A stretch of 64,000 bases of DNA from Candidatus Falkowbacteria bacterium (GCA_018674305.1 JABHAL010000004.1:446-64445); one strand, 5' to 3'; shown: positions 9,685 through 20,720, numbered from the stretch's first letter. Notes: generated by a model not told the origin, from the letters alone. Made by a program: numbers and translations.

Positions 9685-11610
9685 TTATTCAACCAAAACA
9701 TCCTGTTCCAAAACCTCATCTGTAGATTTTACCAAGTCACTGATTAATTTAATCCACAACTTTTCTTCCACCGTGCTTAAATTTTCTTTACTTGTCATTA
9801 CTCTATAAATATCGGATTTAGCATTACCCTGAATAATTAAATCCTGATTTTTGAAGTAAATTTTACCCAAGCACTTATTTAGGATTGGTGAATTGTACTG
9901 TTTTGTGAATAGACTGGTGCCCCAAAAATTTTCTCGTGGTACATAATCAGACTGTTCAATCAAATTTAAAATAGTTGGAGAAATATCCATGTGACTGGCT
10001 TGCGTAACGATTTCCCCCTTGAACCCTTGCGGAAAAACAATGGTCATCGGAAGCTGATTATAAGAATCAAAAACTAGTTGTTCATTACTACCATCAAAAC
10101 TATAATATCTATGATCACTATAAATAACCACAATTGTATTTTTATCTAACCCTTTATTTTTCAAGCTGATCATCAAATTTTCCAAAGCGTCGTCAGAAGA
10201 TTTCAGGAAACCAAAGAATAAACGCATTTGCTCTTCATTTATTTCCGAACTGTTAACCAACCAAGGATTAATTTTTCCGACAAAAGGTTTTATTTCTAAA
10301 TTATTGGCATCTAATTGATAGTCAATTTGTTCCTGGTCATGAGGAGCATGAGAAGTAAAACTCAAAACATATCCGAAGAATGGTTTTGATTCTTTATTTA
10401 ATTCAGTCAAAGCTCGCTGAAAAACTTGGTCATCATTTAACTTTTGCCTTAAATCAGGCGCAAAATATGTATTATCAAAGCCCCACCGAGGAATCAAAGT
10501 TTCACGATCCCAAAATTCCGGTACATTAGAATGAAAAAAATGGGTTGAATAATTGTAATCATCCTTCAAAATTTCTGGCAAACAGTTAAATTTATTTTCT
10601 TTATGAGAATAACCAATTGGCTCAAATGAATTTGGCCAAAAACTACACAAAGAAGCAAACTCAGCGTTTATGGTTTCACAACTATTTGCATGAAAATCGC
10701 CAATCGTAACATTGTTCTGCATTAATTTTTTGAGATATGGCATTGGTGACGGATCATTATCAACAGCCCAACTGCCGACCGACTCCAACTGTACAACTAA
10801 AATATTTGGACGCTCCTTGAACTTCGGTAAATATAATTGGCTCTCTGTCTCTGGGTTGAATTTTTTAATCTCCAACCAACTATCCTCAGCAACTTGCAAT
10901 GCTGTGCGATCATCATCCTGATTGTCATCTTTGTTTTTGGCATTCGCATAAAGCTGAGAATAAAAATGACCCAAAAACCCCACATCTGAAAGTTGTTTTT
11001 TTATATCCCACCAGGTTTCTCTAGGATTATTATATAAATATGAACAAGTGCTAAAAGCCACTGTGTTAATAATCGCAAAAACAACAATCAAAAACACCAA
11101 ATTACGCATTGGGCGTTTTTTATAATGAAAAATTAGTTTTAATGGCTGTGAATTAAAAAGTAAGTGCTCAACCTTTTTATCTATAATAAGTAAATATACT
11201 ATTGAGTTTAATATTGCTGCCAAATATACTACTATTGCTAAAACATACAATTTAACTGGCACCAAGCTAGCAAAATCTTGCAAAAAAGTAATCATACTTA
11301 AGTCCAGCTGAGAAGCCTGGCGCATACTAAAATCTACAAAAGATTTAAATACTCCGAAATATGCAAAGTTAAACAATGAAACTAAATATACTGCTCCCAA
11401 AAATAATAAGCTGAGCGCCCTCCACCAACGAAAACGTAAAAAATTAAACATCAAAAAATAACTCAAAGTAGCGATCGAAACAAAAAATAAATGCAACCAG
11501 GTGAAACTAAAATCTAATAATGAAAAGTAAATAAAAAAGTATATTACATTAAAAAAAAGTAATATGAAGTAAAAAATTACTGCTATTATTAACCTCCTTT
11601 GATTAAGCAT
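9685..11610 (-). CDS. LTA synthase / sulfatase-like membrane protein
   Basis: Several N-terminal TM helices; VQLES, TINAEF, TSHAP, YSDH motifs. Confidence 0.85.
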   Translation of the reverse strand: MLNQRRLIIAVIFYFILLFFNVIYFFIYFSLLDFSFTWLHLFFVSIATLSYFLMFNFLRFRWWRALSLLFLGAVYLVSLFNFAYFGVFKSFVDFSMRQASQLDLSMITFLQDFASLVPVKLYVLAIVVYLAAILNSIVYLLIIDKKVEHLLFNSQPLKLIFHYKKRPMRNLVFLIVVFAIINTVAFSTCSYLYNNPRETWWDIKKQLSDVGFLGHFYSQLYANAKNKDDNQDDDRTALQVAEDSWLEIKKFNPETESQLYLPKFKERPNILVVQLESVGSWAVDNDPSPMPYLKKLMQNNVTIGDFHANSCETINAEFASLCSFWPNSFEPIGYSHKENKFNCLPEILKDDYNYSTHFFHSNVPEFWDRETLIPRWGFDNTYFAPDLRQKLNDDQVFQRALTELNKESKPFFGYVLSFTSHAPHDQEQIDYQLDANNLEIKPFVGKINPWLVNSSEINEEQMRLFFGFLKSSDDALENLMISLKNKGLDKNTIVVIYSDHRYYSFDGSNEQLVFDSYNQLPMTIVFPQGFKGEIVTQASHMDISPTILNLIEQSDYVPRENFWGTSLFTKQYNSPILNKCLGKIYFKNQDLIIQGNAKSDIYRVMTSKENLSTVEEKLWIKLISDLVKSTDEVLEQDVLVE

Positions 11611-12682
11611 TATTATCTAAGTGTAATAAAAAGTCTTGTACTGTTTGATAAAACCGTTTTAATCCGAGTAACGAGACCCATTCATTTTTTTTATGATTAC
11701 CAGAACCAGTTGGTTGGAAATTAATTGCCGGAATATTGTAGGCTGACAAATACCGAGCATCAGAAGAGCCAAACTGTTTTGTAAATGGCAGCTCTTTGGC
11801 AAAATGCTTTTCGGCAGTAGATTTAAATGCTTGCAAATATTCATTATCTGGCTCAATATTAAAAACATCAGCTGCGACACCACACTCACACTCAATTCCC
11901 TGCTCATTAATGCACGAAAAATAACTCTTAATTTTCTCCTTATCATCCATTGAATAATAACGAAAATCCAACTCCATTTCTGCCCACTCAGGGATAGAAT
12001 TAAACTTATCTCCTCCTCGCATAACCCCAAGGTTAACAGTTAATCCAAAATCTTGATATTCATTTTTTATCTGTAAGTCATTTAACAATGTCTGATATAA
12101 CTGGTATAGCTTTTCGACTTGATTCTCACCTTCCCATGGCCTTGATGAATGGCCACCAGTACCACGAGATTTTAATTTATAAATACTCACACCTTTTTCA
12201 GCAATGACAATACTGTCACCAAATCCCCCGTCCGGAACAACCGCGACTTTAGCAGTATAACCAGCTTCCAAAACTTTATTTAAACCATTTTGCCCACCAA
12301 CTTCTTCATCAGGAACTAAAACCAAAGCAACTTTTAAATTATTTAAACCAACCTTTTTAATTAATTCAACTTCAACAGCAATGGACGCCTTCATATCAAA
12401 TCCACCACGACCCAGTAATTTACCTTCATTCACTTTGGGCTTGAAACTTTCGACTTCTCCAGGAACCACGTCCAAATGACCATATAAAAATACGTCAAAA
12501 TCTTTGACTAAATGTCGACTTATAACATATGAAGTAAATCCTTCGGATTCAATTGTTTGCACTTGAAAATCAGCGCCCAAATAATCAATAATAACTTGGG
12601 CACAAAGTTTTACTTTGGCTTGATCTTGTGTCACTGAAGGCACTGCCATTAATTGTTTAGCTAAATCTAAATAGTCTGTCAT
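11603..12682 (-). CDS. M20 family metallopeptidase (DapE/ArgE-like)
   Basis: GHLDVVP, GRGGFDMK, DEEVGG motifs. Confidence 0.9.
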   Translation of the reverse strand: MTDYLDLAKQLMAVPSVTQDQAKVKLCAQVIIDYLGADFQVQTIESEGFTSYVISRHLVKDFDVFLYGHLDVVPGEVESFKPKVNEGKLLGRGGFDMKASIAVEVELIKKVGLNNLKVALVLVPDEEVGGQNGLNKVLEAGYTAKVAVVPDGGFGDSIVIAEKGVSIYKLKSRGTGGHSSRPWEGENQVEKLYQLYQTLLNDLQIKNEYQDFGLTVNLGVMRGGDKFNSIPEWAEMELDFRYYSMDDKEKIKSYFSCINEQGIECECGVAADVFNIEPDNEYLQAFKSTAEKHFAKELPFTKQFGSSDARYLSAYNIPAINFQPTGSGNHKKNEWVSLLGLKRFYQTVQDFLLHLDNNA

Positions 12683-12721
12683 ATATTTATTAGGGACAAA
12701 GGTTCAGGAGCCTTATTTTTT

Positions 12722-13759
12722 TTAACTATACGTCGCAACAACTTGATCAACTTTTTTTAATATTCTCCGATTATCTTGACGAGGATATTTCTTTACTTTT
12801 CTTCTATATTTCGGTAAACTCTTTAAGAATTTTTTAATTGTAATCATATCAAGTTGATCAGCATGCAAACCATAACCTGATTTCTCAATATACAAAGCAT
12901 TCAAAATTTGTTCAAACTGCGATCGTACTGGCCAGGCTAAATATGGTTTTCCCAAATGCAAAGCTTCACCAATTAAAGTAAACCCTGTATTGGCAATTAC
13001 GGCCTTAGAATTTGCCAAATCTAGGAAAAACTTATCTTTGCTTGGTTTTTTGAATAAAAGATTTTTTTGTTTGCCTTCTTTATTAAATCCATAACAAATA
13101 AATTTGCAATTCACCTCCAGCAATACTTTTTCCAAATCGTGACTTGGAGAAGTTACATAAACTAATATATAATCACCTTGCTTTGGTTTAGCTTGTAAAA
13201 CTTCTGATCTCAAAATTGGTGAAAATACAAAAGTTTTTTTATTCTTAGGCTTGGTTTTGAAAAATGATATTACTAGATTAATTTTCGTATTAAAAATTAA
13301 AAGTTTTGTAACGGCCTTAGCCAGAGTTGCGTCTTTTTCATGTTCCCGCGGATATTTTACGATTGTATCAGTTAGGGCATGTTGATTATCAATAGAAACT
13401 AACGGTACTCTCTTTAAATTTGCAGCGATACAAGCCAACGGCTCGAAATCAGTGATAATTAGATCCGGTTTAAAACTATTAATCAACTTTAGAATCTTTT
13501 GTAAACTAGCTTTTGCTTGTGGCAAACGTAAAGCGTTCTTATATACTGTCGGCAAAATTCGGACTTGATTATCATGGTAATCAAAAGTTAAACCAAAAAT
13601 CTTTTCAACTTTAAAAAACTTTTTTAACAAATCATAACCTTGATTATACGAGAGTATTTTCAATTCATGCCCCTCTCCCACCAAATGAGCAATAATTTCT
13701 TTTGATCTGGAACCATGACCAGCGCCCTGGCCGGCCAAGCTGTAAATAATTTTTGCCAT
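12722..13759 (-). CDS. Glycosyltransferase, MJ1255/VC2487-like
   Basis: GQGAGHGSR, ITDFEP, SIDNQH, QFEQILNA motifs. Confidence 0.85.
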   Translation of the reverse strand: MAKIIYSLAGQGAGHGSRSKEIIAHLVGEGHELKILSYNQGYDLLKKFFKVEKIFGLTFDYHDNQVRILPTVYKNALRLPQAKASLQKILKLINSFKPDLIITDFEPLACIAANLKRVPLVSIDNQHALTDTIVKYPREHEKDATLAKAVTKLLIFNTKINLVISFFKTKPKNKKTFVFSPILRSEVLQAKPKQGDYILVYVTSPSHDLEKVLLEVNCKFICYGFNKEGKQKNLLFKKPSKDKFFLDLANSKAVIANTGFTLIGEALHLGKPYLAWPVRSQFEQILNALYIEKSGYGLHADQLDMITIKKFLKSLPKYRRKVKKYPRQDNRRILKKVDQVVATYS

Positions 13760-13765
13760 ATTTCT

Positions 13766-14782
13766 TTATTTTTTAAAACGCCCTCGAATAAATCGATATA
13801 AACCGAGTTTTATGGGCATATAAACTTTTTCATAGGTGCCAATATACTCAGTAATTTCTGCATCTGGAGAAAAGCCCATTTTGAATTTGGTAAACCCTGC
13901 CCATTTGGACTCTCTGCCCTCAGCTCCAGCTGGGGCAGCTCCCCAAAAATCATAAAACCATAAACCATCATCTTTTGCATCTTTAATCGCCTGCCACTGA
14001 AGTAAATGCGGGGCCATTAAATTACGATATTCATAATCCGAAGCTCCAAATAAATATGTTACCGTATCATTCCAGAAAACCATTATGTTCGCCGCAATAA
14101 CTTTACCTTCATGTTTAGCAAAATATAGTTTCACAAATGGCAATTCTAATAATTTTTTGTAATACTCTTGAGAGTAAAAAGTTATTCCTTGACGTTGTGT
14201 AGTTTTTTTAAGTAGTTCATAAAACTCCTTGAACTTGCTATTGTCAACTTCAACTTCAACTCCCTTTTTTCTGGCTAAATTAATATTGTAACGCGTTTTT
14301 TGATGCATACCAGCTAAAATTTCTTCTTCTTTCTGACGAATATCTAAAATTAATGTGTGGCGAGGCTGGATATCTGATTCAGATTTTTCAAACCCTTTTT
14401 CTGATAAAACATTCGCCCATTCTTGATCATTTGTGTATGGATCAACTTGCAAATACAAACATTTATTGTACTTAGCCAATTTATCAATTTCCTGCATTAT
14501 TAATTGGAGAATTTTATCTTTGCCAACTGTCGCCTGATCATTAATAACTGGGCCACGCGGGGAATACAAAATTGATTGATTAATCTTTAATATTGTTTTG
14601 AATACAAATATTGAAGCTACCCAAGTATCGCCCTCAGTTATTACAAAACGCCAGACCTGGTCTTTTTGAGTCGCCATAAATTCGCTCCATTCCCAGGATT
14701 GTAAAAATGAACCTCCCTCGTTGGTACGGATAAATTCATTCCATTTTTGTTTATCATTAATTGTGGCTTCGCGAATTTGCAT
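13766..14782 (-). CDS. FemAB/FemX family peptidoglycan peptidyltransferase
   Basis: FLQSWEW, PRGP, KTRYNI, YDFWG, FKMGF motifs. Confidence 0.9.
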   Translation of the reverse strand: MQIREATINDKQKWNEFIRTNEGGSFLQSWEWSEFMATQKDQVWRFVITEGDTWVASIFVFKTILKINQSILYSPRGPVINDQATVGKDKILQLIMQEIDKLAKYNKCLYLQVDPYTNDQEWANVLSEKGFEKSESDIQPRHTLILDIRQKEEEILAGMHQKTRYNINLARKKGVEVEVDNSKFKEFYELLKKTTQRQGITFYSQEYYKKLLELPFVKLYFAKHEGKVIAANIMVFWNDTVTYLFGASDYEYRNLMAPHLLQWQAIKDAKDDGLWFYDFWGAAPAGAEGRESKWAGFTKFKMGFSPDAEITEYIGTYEKVYMPIKLGLYRFIRGRFKK

Positions 14783-14786
14783 ATAA

Positions 14787-15362
14787 CTAAATATTTTTTA
14801 ATACTTCCCTCACCTTTTCACTCACATCTTTTATACTCGGATCAACTTTTTTCAATGCTTCCTTGGATTGATACACTGAATAGCCCAACGAAACCAAAGC
14901 TTCAATCACCTCTGTATCTTCTCCCATTTCTTCCCTAGACTTGAGGCCATCCAATTTAACTGAAGCAGTAATTTTATTTTTTAATTCTAATACAATTCGC
15001 TCAGCAGTTTTCGCTCCAATACCAGAAACTCGTTTCAAAACTGAAGCATCGCCATTCACAATTGCAGAAACAATATCACCAACACTAGCTTCAGTAAATA
15101 CGCCTAAAGCAGTTTTAGGACCAATCCCGGAAATTGAAATTAATTGCTCAAACAACTTTAGCTCTTCGTATTTTACAAATCCAAAAAGTAGTAATGCGTC
15201 CTCTCTCACATGCTGATATGTATACAATTCAACGTCATTACCTATTTTTACATTTAACAAAACTTCCGCTGGAACAAAAACCTTGTATCCGATTCCGTTA
15301 TTCTCCACGACCAGGAAAGTACCATCTTTTTGTTTGATTTTACCACTAATAAATGCAATCAT
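14787..15362 (-). CDS. ruvA: Holliday junction branch migration protein RuvA
   Basis: VREDALLLFGF, SGIGPKTA, GIGAKTAERIVLEL motifs. Confidence 0.97.
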   Translation of the reverse strand: MIAFISGKIKQKDGTFLVVENNGIGYKVFVPAEVLLNVKIGNDVELYTYQHVREDALLLFGFVKYEELKLFEQLISISGIGPKTALGVFTEASVGDIVSAIVNGDASVLKRVSGIGAKTAERIVLELKNKITASVKLDGLKSREEMGEDTEVIEALVSLGYSVYQSKEALKKVDPSIKDVSEKVREVLKNI

Positions 15363-15468
15363 AATTCATTCTTTGTTATTCTTACGTCATAATCAATGAT
15401 ACCGTATTTTCTCTAAAATTTCAACTACAAAAAAACTCCGCTGTTTACTAACAACGGAGTTGTATGTT

Positions 15469-15900
15469 TTATTTCAATACCCACCTATCTGGGTATTTCT
15501 TGGTTGGTCTTATCATTGCTCGAAGCCCAAGAACAGCCGCAAGAACAGGAACAAATCCTTGCACAGTAAACCTCAAATTACCCTTTAATTCTGGATCATA
15601 TTGCCTGAAACGGTTACTCAAAATCGACTTGACCCATCGGCCACTTTTAAAGAGCCAAATTCTTTGCCTTCCCCGAAAAAACTGCAAACATTCCTTATCA
15701 TCATAATCATAAATAATCACATCACCCGCCTGAAGACCAGTCGCAGCAAATGGAGCTTTATCCATAATCTTCATTCCAAACGGAAGATCTGGCTTTGTCT
15801 TTTCGCCTCCACCATTTTTTATCTCGCCGCAATGAGGACAACAGTTCTCTATATCTTTGTACTCTGTAAAGCATTTCCAACAAACAATCATTCGCACCAT
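15469..15900 (-). CDS. Hypothetical protein with N-terminal zinc ribbon
   Basis: CWKC...CPHC; GGAGG RBS before ATG at 15900. Confidence 0.6.
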   Translation of the reverse strand: MVRMIVCWKCFTEYKDIENCCPHCGEIKNGGGEKTKPDLPFGMKIMDKAPFAATGLQAGDVIIYDYDDKECLQFFRGRQRIWLFKSGRWVKSILSNRFRQYDPELKGNLRFTVQGFVPVLAAVLGLRAMIRPTKKYPDRWVLK

Positions 15901-15988
15901 GATAAGTTCCTCCAGTCCATGAGAAAAGGCCATTAATTACATTTAAACCTACCATCTATAAATCATTTTGTCAATATTGATTATTTGT

Positions 15989-16034
15989 GTTTCCTTGCGA
16001 GGAATCTCGGGCAAGTCGAAGGATGACGAAGTAA
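15989..16034. repeat. Degenerate REP-like element (TTGCGAGG...GACGAAG type)
   Basis: gtttccttgcgaggaatc...gatgacgaagtaa in an intergenic gap; resembles the GTCATTGCGAGG...GACGAAGCAATC repeat class. Confidence 0.35.
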
Positions 16035-16071
16035 AAAAATCCCAGCCAAAATGCAGGCTGAGATTTATTTT

Positions 16072-16446
16072 TCATGAAGCAAAGTACCAAGTCGCATTAT
16101 TCGTAATAATCAGAGCGATTTGTTTCAATAATTCAGGAGGAATCACCCGCTCTCTGTCCGTTAATGAACAATCGTTATTTACAGCCCAAGCAGCATCCTG
16201 CCTCATCGTACGTAACGATCTTTCACGATATCGGCCACCACCAATGCATTGTTCAAGAGTAAACCCAAGCGCTTTTTTGATTTTGTAAAATGGAGCTAGA
16301 TGAAACATATGCCCCGCTTCATCAATAATCAACGTTAACTTTCCACTTCCATCATCATACAGAAGAAAAACACCATTCGTTTTGTCCCGCATGGTAGGAT
16401 TAAAAAATCTTATCTCTCCGCTCTTTTTCACTGCCTTAACATTCAT
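16072..16446 (-). CDS. Hypothetical protein
   Basis: 124-aa ORF with GGGAG RBS, directly after the U32 gene. Confidence 0.6.
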   Translation of the reverse strand: MNVKAVKKSGEIRFFNPTMRDKTNGVFLLYDDGSGKLTLIIDEAGHMFHLAPFYKIKKALGFTLEQCIGGGRYRERSLRTMRQDAAWAVNNDCSLTDRERVIPPELLKQIALIITNNATWYFAS

Positions 16447-16459
16447 TTCATTCTCCCTG

Positions 16460-17821
16460 TTAAATTATTTTCAACTTTCTTCTTAACAAAGTATGTTCTG
16501 GTAATTCTTTTTCTATTGGTAAATATATATTTTTATCTTGCCCACCATGAGCTTCGGAAATTTCATTTTTCTCTTCATCTAATATTTTTTCAACCTTATA
16601 TTTTAAATTTTCTCCGACAGGAACCACAAATTCAACGTCATCTCCAACTTTGATCTGATTATGAACTTTCACACATGCCATTTTGTGGTTGGCAGACTGG
16701 GCAGAATTTAATTTTGCCCCGACCTCAATTACTTGCCCACAAAATTCCCAATCACAATCTTCATGACATTTATCAATTTTTTGTTCACACTCATCTTTAC
16801 CAAATAAAAATCCGGCTGTGAATCCTCGGTTTTGGGCTTTTTTCAATTCAACTAAATATTTCTCATTATCTTTATTCTTTATTCTTTGATCCTTCCCCTT
16901 TCCTTGATATTTGCCCTTTGATTCTTGCTCCTTAAGCGCGTCAATGGCGCGACGATAAACGCGCGTAGTGTTGCCAACATAATATATACTTTTCGCGCGT
17001 CCTTCAATCTTGAATGACATTACTCCTGCATCTTTTAATTCCTGCAAATGCTCAACTAAACATAAATCTTTAGAATTCATAATATAACTACCATGTTGAT
17101 CTTCTTCTATTATTAATAAATCATCCGGCCGCTTCATTTCTTCAATAATTACTTTTTGTATTTCTTTCTTTTTTTCTTTTTTAATTTTATATTGCCATCT
17201 ACACGGTTGAGTGCAATCTCCTAAATTGGCACTACGATCATTAAAATATTTTGACAATAAACAACGACCAGAATAAGACATGCACATTGCGCCATGAACA
17301 AAAGTTTCCAGTTCCACTTCCGGAACCTTAGCGTGAATTTCTTTAATTTCTTCAAGTGTTACTTCGCGACCGAGAATAATTCGCTTCACTCCCTGGTCAT
17401 ACCAAAATTTTGCTGATTGCCAGTTTGTACAATTGGCCTGAGTGGACAAATGAATTGCAATACCTGGTTTACCATCCGAAGCTTTAGCGTAGGATGGCCA
17501 AATATTTTTCACGACCGACAACACACCAGGATCGGAAATAATCAAACCATCGGGCTTTAGTTGCTTTAATTTATCAATATATTTATCTAAATTTAGCAAA
17601 TGCTTATTATGAGCATAGATATTAATTGTTACATAAACCTTTTTACCTAAAGCATGAGCATACTCAATTCCTTCACTTAATTTAGCCAAATCGAACTGGT
17701 TAATTCTAACACGTAAAGAAAAATCTGGCAGACCACAATAAACTGCATCTGCACCAAAGGCAAATGCTATTTTTAGCTTGTTTAAGTCGCCTGCTGGGGC
17801 TAATAATTCAATTTGTTTCAT
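16460..17821 (-). CDS. U32 family peptidase (TrhP/PrtC-like tRNA hydroxylation protein)
   Basis: ELLAPAG, HLSTQAN, HGAMCMSYSGRC, CTQPCRW, FKIEGR motifs. Confidence 0.92.
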   Translation of the reverse strand: MKQIELLAPAGDLNKLKIAFAFGADAVYCGLPDFSLRVRINQFDLAKLSEGIEYAHALGKKVYVTINIYAHNKHLLNLDKYIDKLKQLKPDGLIISDPGVLSVVKNIWPSYAKASDGKPGIAIHLSTQANCTNWQSAKFWYDQGVKRIILGREVTLEEIKEIHAKVPEVELETFVHGAMCMSYSGRCLLSKYFNDRSANLGDCTQPCRWQYKIKKEKKKEIQKVIIEEMKRPDDLLIIEEDQHGSYIMNSKDLCLVEHLQELKDAGVMSFKIEGRAKSIYYVGNTTRVYRRAIDALKEQESKGKYQGKGKDQRIKNKDNEKYLVELKKAQNRGFTAGFLFGKDECEQKIDKCHEDCDWEFCGQVIEVGAKLNSAQSANHKMACVKVHNQIKVGDDVEFVVPVGENLKYKVEKILDEEKNEISEAHGGQDKNIYLPIEKELPEHTLLRRKLKII

Positions 17822-17874
17822 ATAACCTAATTTTAGCAGAAATATACAATAATTCAAGTCCTTATTGAAAAACA

Positions 17875-17903
17875 TTGACAAATCTAATAAAATAAGCTAT
17901 AAT
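17875..17903 (+). promoter_or_regulatory. Consensus sigma70 promoter
   Basis: TTGACA-17 nt-TATAAT. Confidence 0.8.
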
Positions 17904-17950
17904 AGAACCTTATAATATTGAACATTTACATTTTATTTTTGGGGGAAAGA

Positions 17951-19471
17951 ATGGAACCGACAACAAGATACGTACTGGTCAATCACGGAGGACCGGATAC
18001 AGACTCTGCTGTAATTAGTTATCTTTGGCACCTTACTTACAAGAAAAGAATCGGCGCTGAAGACGTGGAGTATGTTTTTGTTCCTTCAGGCAAAAGACTA
18101 GAACCACATCTGGTTGAGCCTGGCGACATCGTATTTCATTTGGACACTGGGTATCGCTTTGATCCCGGGACAAATGATTATGATCATCATCAGGATCGAA
18201 AACGCTGGCCAAGTGCAGCTCGAACTATGTTTGAAACATTTACCAAACTGCAAGAAGATCCTATCATCGCAGAGATGGTGGACCTAGCCGATCGAGTTGA
18301 TAGTGGCAACACTGTTAATCAAGAAGATCCCGATGCTCGTTCGACTCGACAAAGTTTCAACGGGGAAGTTACATCTTTCAACACTGGACGAGAAGATAGC
18401 CCAGTTATTCTGATCACCGAACAATCAGGCCCTTGGCAAATTGTAGACCTACTGTCCAACATGGAAGTAGAAAGTAACGAACTCCAAGATCGAGACAAAC
18501 TGATTGTCAGTATGATGATGTTGGAGTCCTGGTACAACAACGAAAAGAAGAGACGGGAAACCAAACAGGCTGACTTCAAGCCGACTCTGGATATTGAAAT
18601 ATTTGATCGTGTAGCTGCCACATTTATCCAGCTTGTTGCTAAAGATAAATGGCTCTATGATGTTGACTTCCGAGAAGTAGAAGATTCTTACATGAGAGCC
18701 ACCCAGGATCGTTTCACTAGCATGACGGAAGCTGCTTTCCAAAGCTTTCAGCATATCCAAGGAGAACCAGTTTTTGAAGAACTTGTATATTTGGTAAATC
18801 TGCTTCGCACATCGAACTCCACGGTTAACAAGAGTGAAGAAGCGGATATGTTCAAAACTCAACTAACTGAGATGTTAGCCGAGTTTAACCAAGGACGTGA
18901 TCATAAAGTTATCCCAATCACCCTTCGAAAGGGACCCTGGGAGGTGGCTGAACTATTTCCAAGTGAGGGATATAGCTTAACTGCCAGAATTCTGTCTGGC
19001 TTGATTATGTTCAAAGCTTGGTACAACAAAAAAACCGTACGAAAAAGAATCAACACTCTGCTAAGTACATCAAACTGGTTTGAGTATAGCGGAATTAAGT
19101 ACGTAGTTGTTCCTGAAACTACTTTTACCACCAAGGTAATTCGTTACCAACTCCGCCGCTATCTTCGCGATGAAGTTGATGTAGCGATAGTGACCTATCT
19201 GGAGTGCGGTACTGGGAAAAAAAGCATTGGCATTACCAGAGTCCAAGATGACGTTGTCAACGGAATGGACGATCTATATCACCAGCTCAAACGAATTGAT
19301 CCACGAGCTGATGTATTCATGTTTCGACCTTCCAAGTTTGTCATTTACATCAAGGACAAGCTAGATATCCTGACGCCACAACGAGTTAGCCAGGAAACAG
19401 TCCGAACGCTGAAACCACTCATTGAGTACTCCGATCACAACTCGGAAAACGCCTTAGCGGTTTCTTCGTGA
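17951..19471 (+). CDS. DHH/MYG1-like phosphoesterase with internal duplication
   Basis: NHGGPDTDS, LDTG..FDP...YDHHQ motifs; two GPW...WYN repeats. Confidence 0.6.
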   Translation: MEPTTRYVLVNHGGPDTDSAVISYLWHLTYKKRIGAEDVEYVFVPSGKRLEPHLVEPGDIVFHLDTGYRFDPGTNDYDHHQDRKRWPSAARTMFETFTKLQEDPIIAEMVDLADRVDSGNTVNQEDPDARSTRQSFNGEVTSFNTGREDSPVILITEQSGPWQIVDLLSNMEVESNELQDRDKLIVSMMMLESWYNNEKKRRETKQADFKPTLDIEIFDRVAATFIQLVAKDKWLYDVDFREVEDSYMRATQDRFTSMTEAAFQSFQHIQGEPVFEELVYLVNLLRTSNSTVNKSEEADMFKTQLTEMLAEFNQGRDHKVIPITLRKGPWEVAELFPSEGYSLTARILSGLIMFKAWYNKKTVRKRINTLLSTSNWFEYSGIKYVVVPETTFTTKVIRYQLRRYLRDEVDVAIVTYLECGTGKKSIGITRVQDDVVNGMDDLYHQLKRIDPRADVFMFRPSKFVIYIKDKLDILTPQRVSQETVRTLKPLIEYSDHNSENALAVSS

Positions 19472-19493
19472 CAAAGTAAATATTTCTAACCAT

Positions 19494-19535
19494 AAAGGAC
19501 ATAGTCTCATTGCAGACTATGTCCTTTTCTTTTTT
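19494..19535. terminator. Intrinsic terminator between convergent genes
   Basis: aaaggacatagtct-cattgc-agactatgtcctttt. Confidence 0.8.
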
Positions 19536-19539
19536 AAAC

Positions 19540-20718
19540 TTATTTCAGGCGCCAGAGAATCCGAGGAATGAATATTAAACAAATCACTCCCGCCACCAAC
19601 CAAACAATTGATACATCCAGCCACTGGGAAATATACCCACTCCCTAGCCAACCAATTGCTGCTCCTGCCTTGACTATCATTGAATTGAAGGAGCCAATTG
19701 TTGCCCTCTCTTTGGACGGAATATTTTCATGGAGATACCCCATATGAGCGGGATTAAAGACTCCACGGCCAATTTCATGCAGCCAAAACGCCCATAAAAT
19801 CAACCAGCCAGATGCGAAAATTGAGGCTACTAAAACAAAAACGCCAACCTCAATTGCTCCATAAATCATCAATATCCTTTCTGAAACACCCCTATCGATT
19901 AATCGACCACAAACAAAGTTACCTAACATTTCGAATAGTTTAATGCCAATCCAAGCAATAGAAATAATCCAAAGGCCAATCTTTTTTTCAAAAACAATTG
20001 ACCAATTCATGTTTAGTGGTTGAATAATTAATATTAGCAAGCTACCTGCTATAATCAAGCGCCAAACGTTTTTGTTCTGATAGCCGTAGTGAACACTTTT
20101 TTTTATTATTACACCCATACCACGGAAACTTTTTTTCCATCCCAGTTTTTGCTTTTCAAAATAACTCTCGTCAATAATAAATATTGACAAACCTGCAGCA
20201 ACAATAACGCCTATACCGGAAATTAAAAATGGTAATCGCAAACTACTAATGGCAACAAAGGCTCCTAATGATCCACCCAACAGAGAAGCTGCTCTAATGA
20301 CAACTTCACCGTGAGAAAACACACCACCGATTTTTTCTTTATAGCCGTTCATGTCTAATGAATCTTTGACCCAAGCATCGAGCGCACCAGAGATCATACT
20401 AACACCAAATGCAACTAACACTTCGGACAAAACAAAGAACCAGAAACTATAGCTTAAAAAATATACTATCGTTGCCAATCCAGTGATAAAGGATCCCAGA
20501 ACCACTGAGAACTTTCTTCCGAGAAAATCAGCCACCACCCCTGTTGGTACTTCAAACAAGAACACTGCAACCATAAAGGAAAAATTAATCAGACCGACTT
20601 GGTACATGTCCATGCCATTATCAAGCAAAAACAAAACGTAAATTGCATGATGAAAAGCAAATGGAAAACCATACAAAAATTTAAAGAACAAGTAACTGCG
20701 AATAATTTTCTTCGTCAT
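19540..20718 (-). CDS. MFS transporter
   Basis: FEVPTGVVADFLGRK, SGALDAW, PSKERAT; ~12 TM segments. Confidence 0.9.
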   Translation of the reverse strand: MTKKIIRSYLFFKFLYGFPFAFHHAIYVLFLLDNGMDMYQVGLINFSFMVAVFLFEVPTGVVADFLGRKFSVVLGSFITGLATIVYFLSYSFWFFVLSEVLVAFGVSMISGALDAWVKDSLDMNGYKEKIGGVFSHGEVVIRAASLLGGSLGAFVAISSLRLPFLISGIGVIVAAGLSIFIIDESYFEKQKLGWKKSFRGMGVIIKKSVHYGYQNKNVWRLIIAGSLLILIIQPLNMNWSIVFEKKIGLWIISIAWIGIKLFEMLGNFVCGRLIDRGVSERILMIYGAIEVGVFVLVASIFASGWLILWAFWLHEIGRGVFNPAHMGYLHENIPSKERATIGSFNSMIVKAGAAIGWLGSGYISQWLDVSIVWLVAGVICLIFIPRILWRLK

Positions 20719-20720
20719 AA

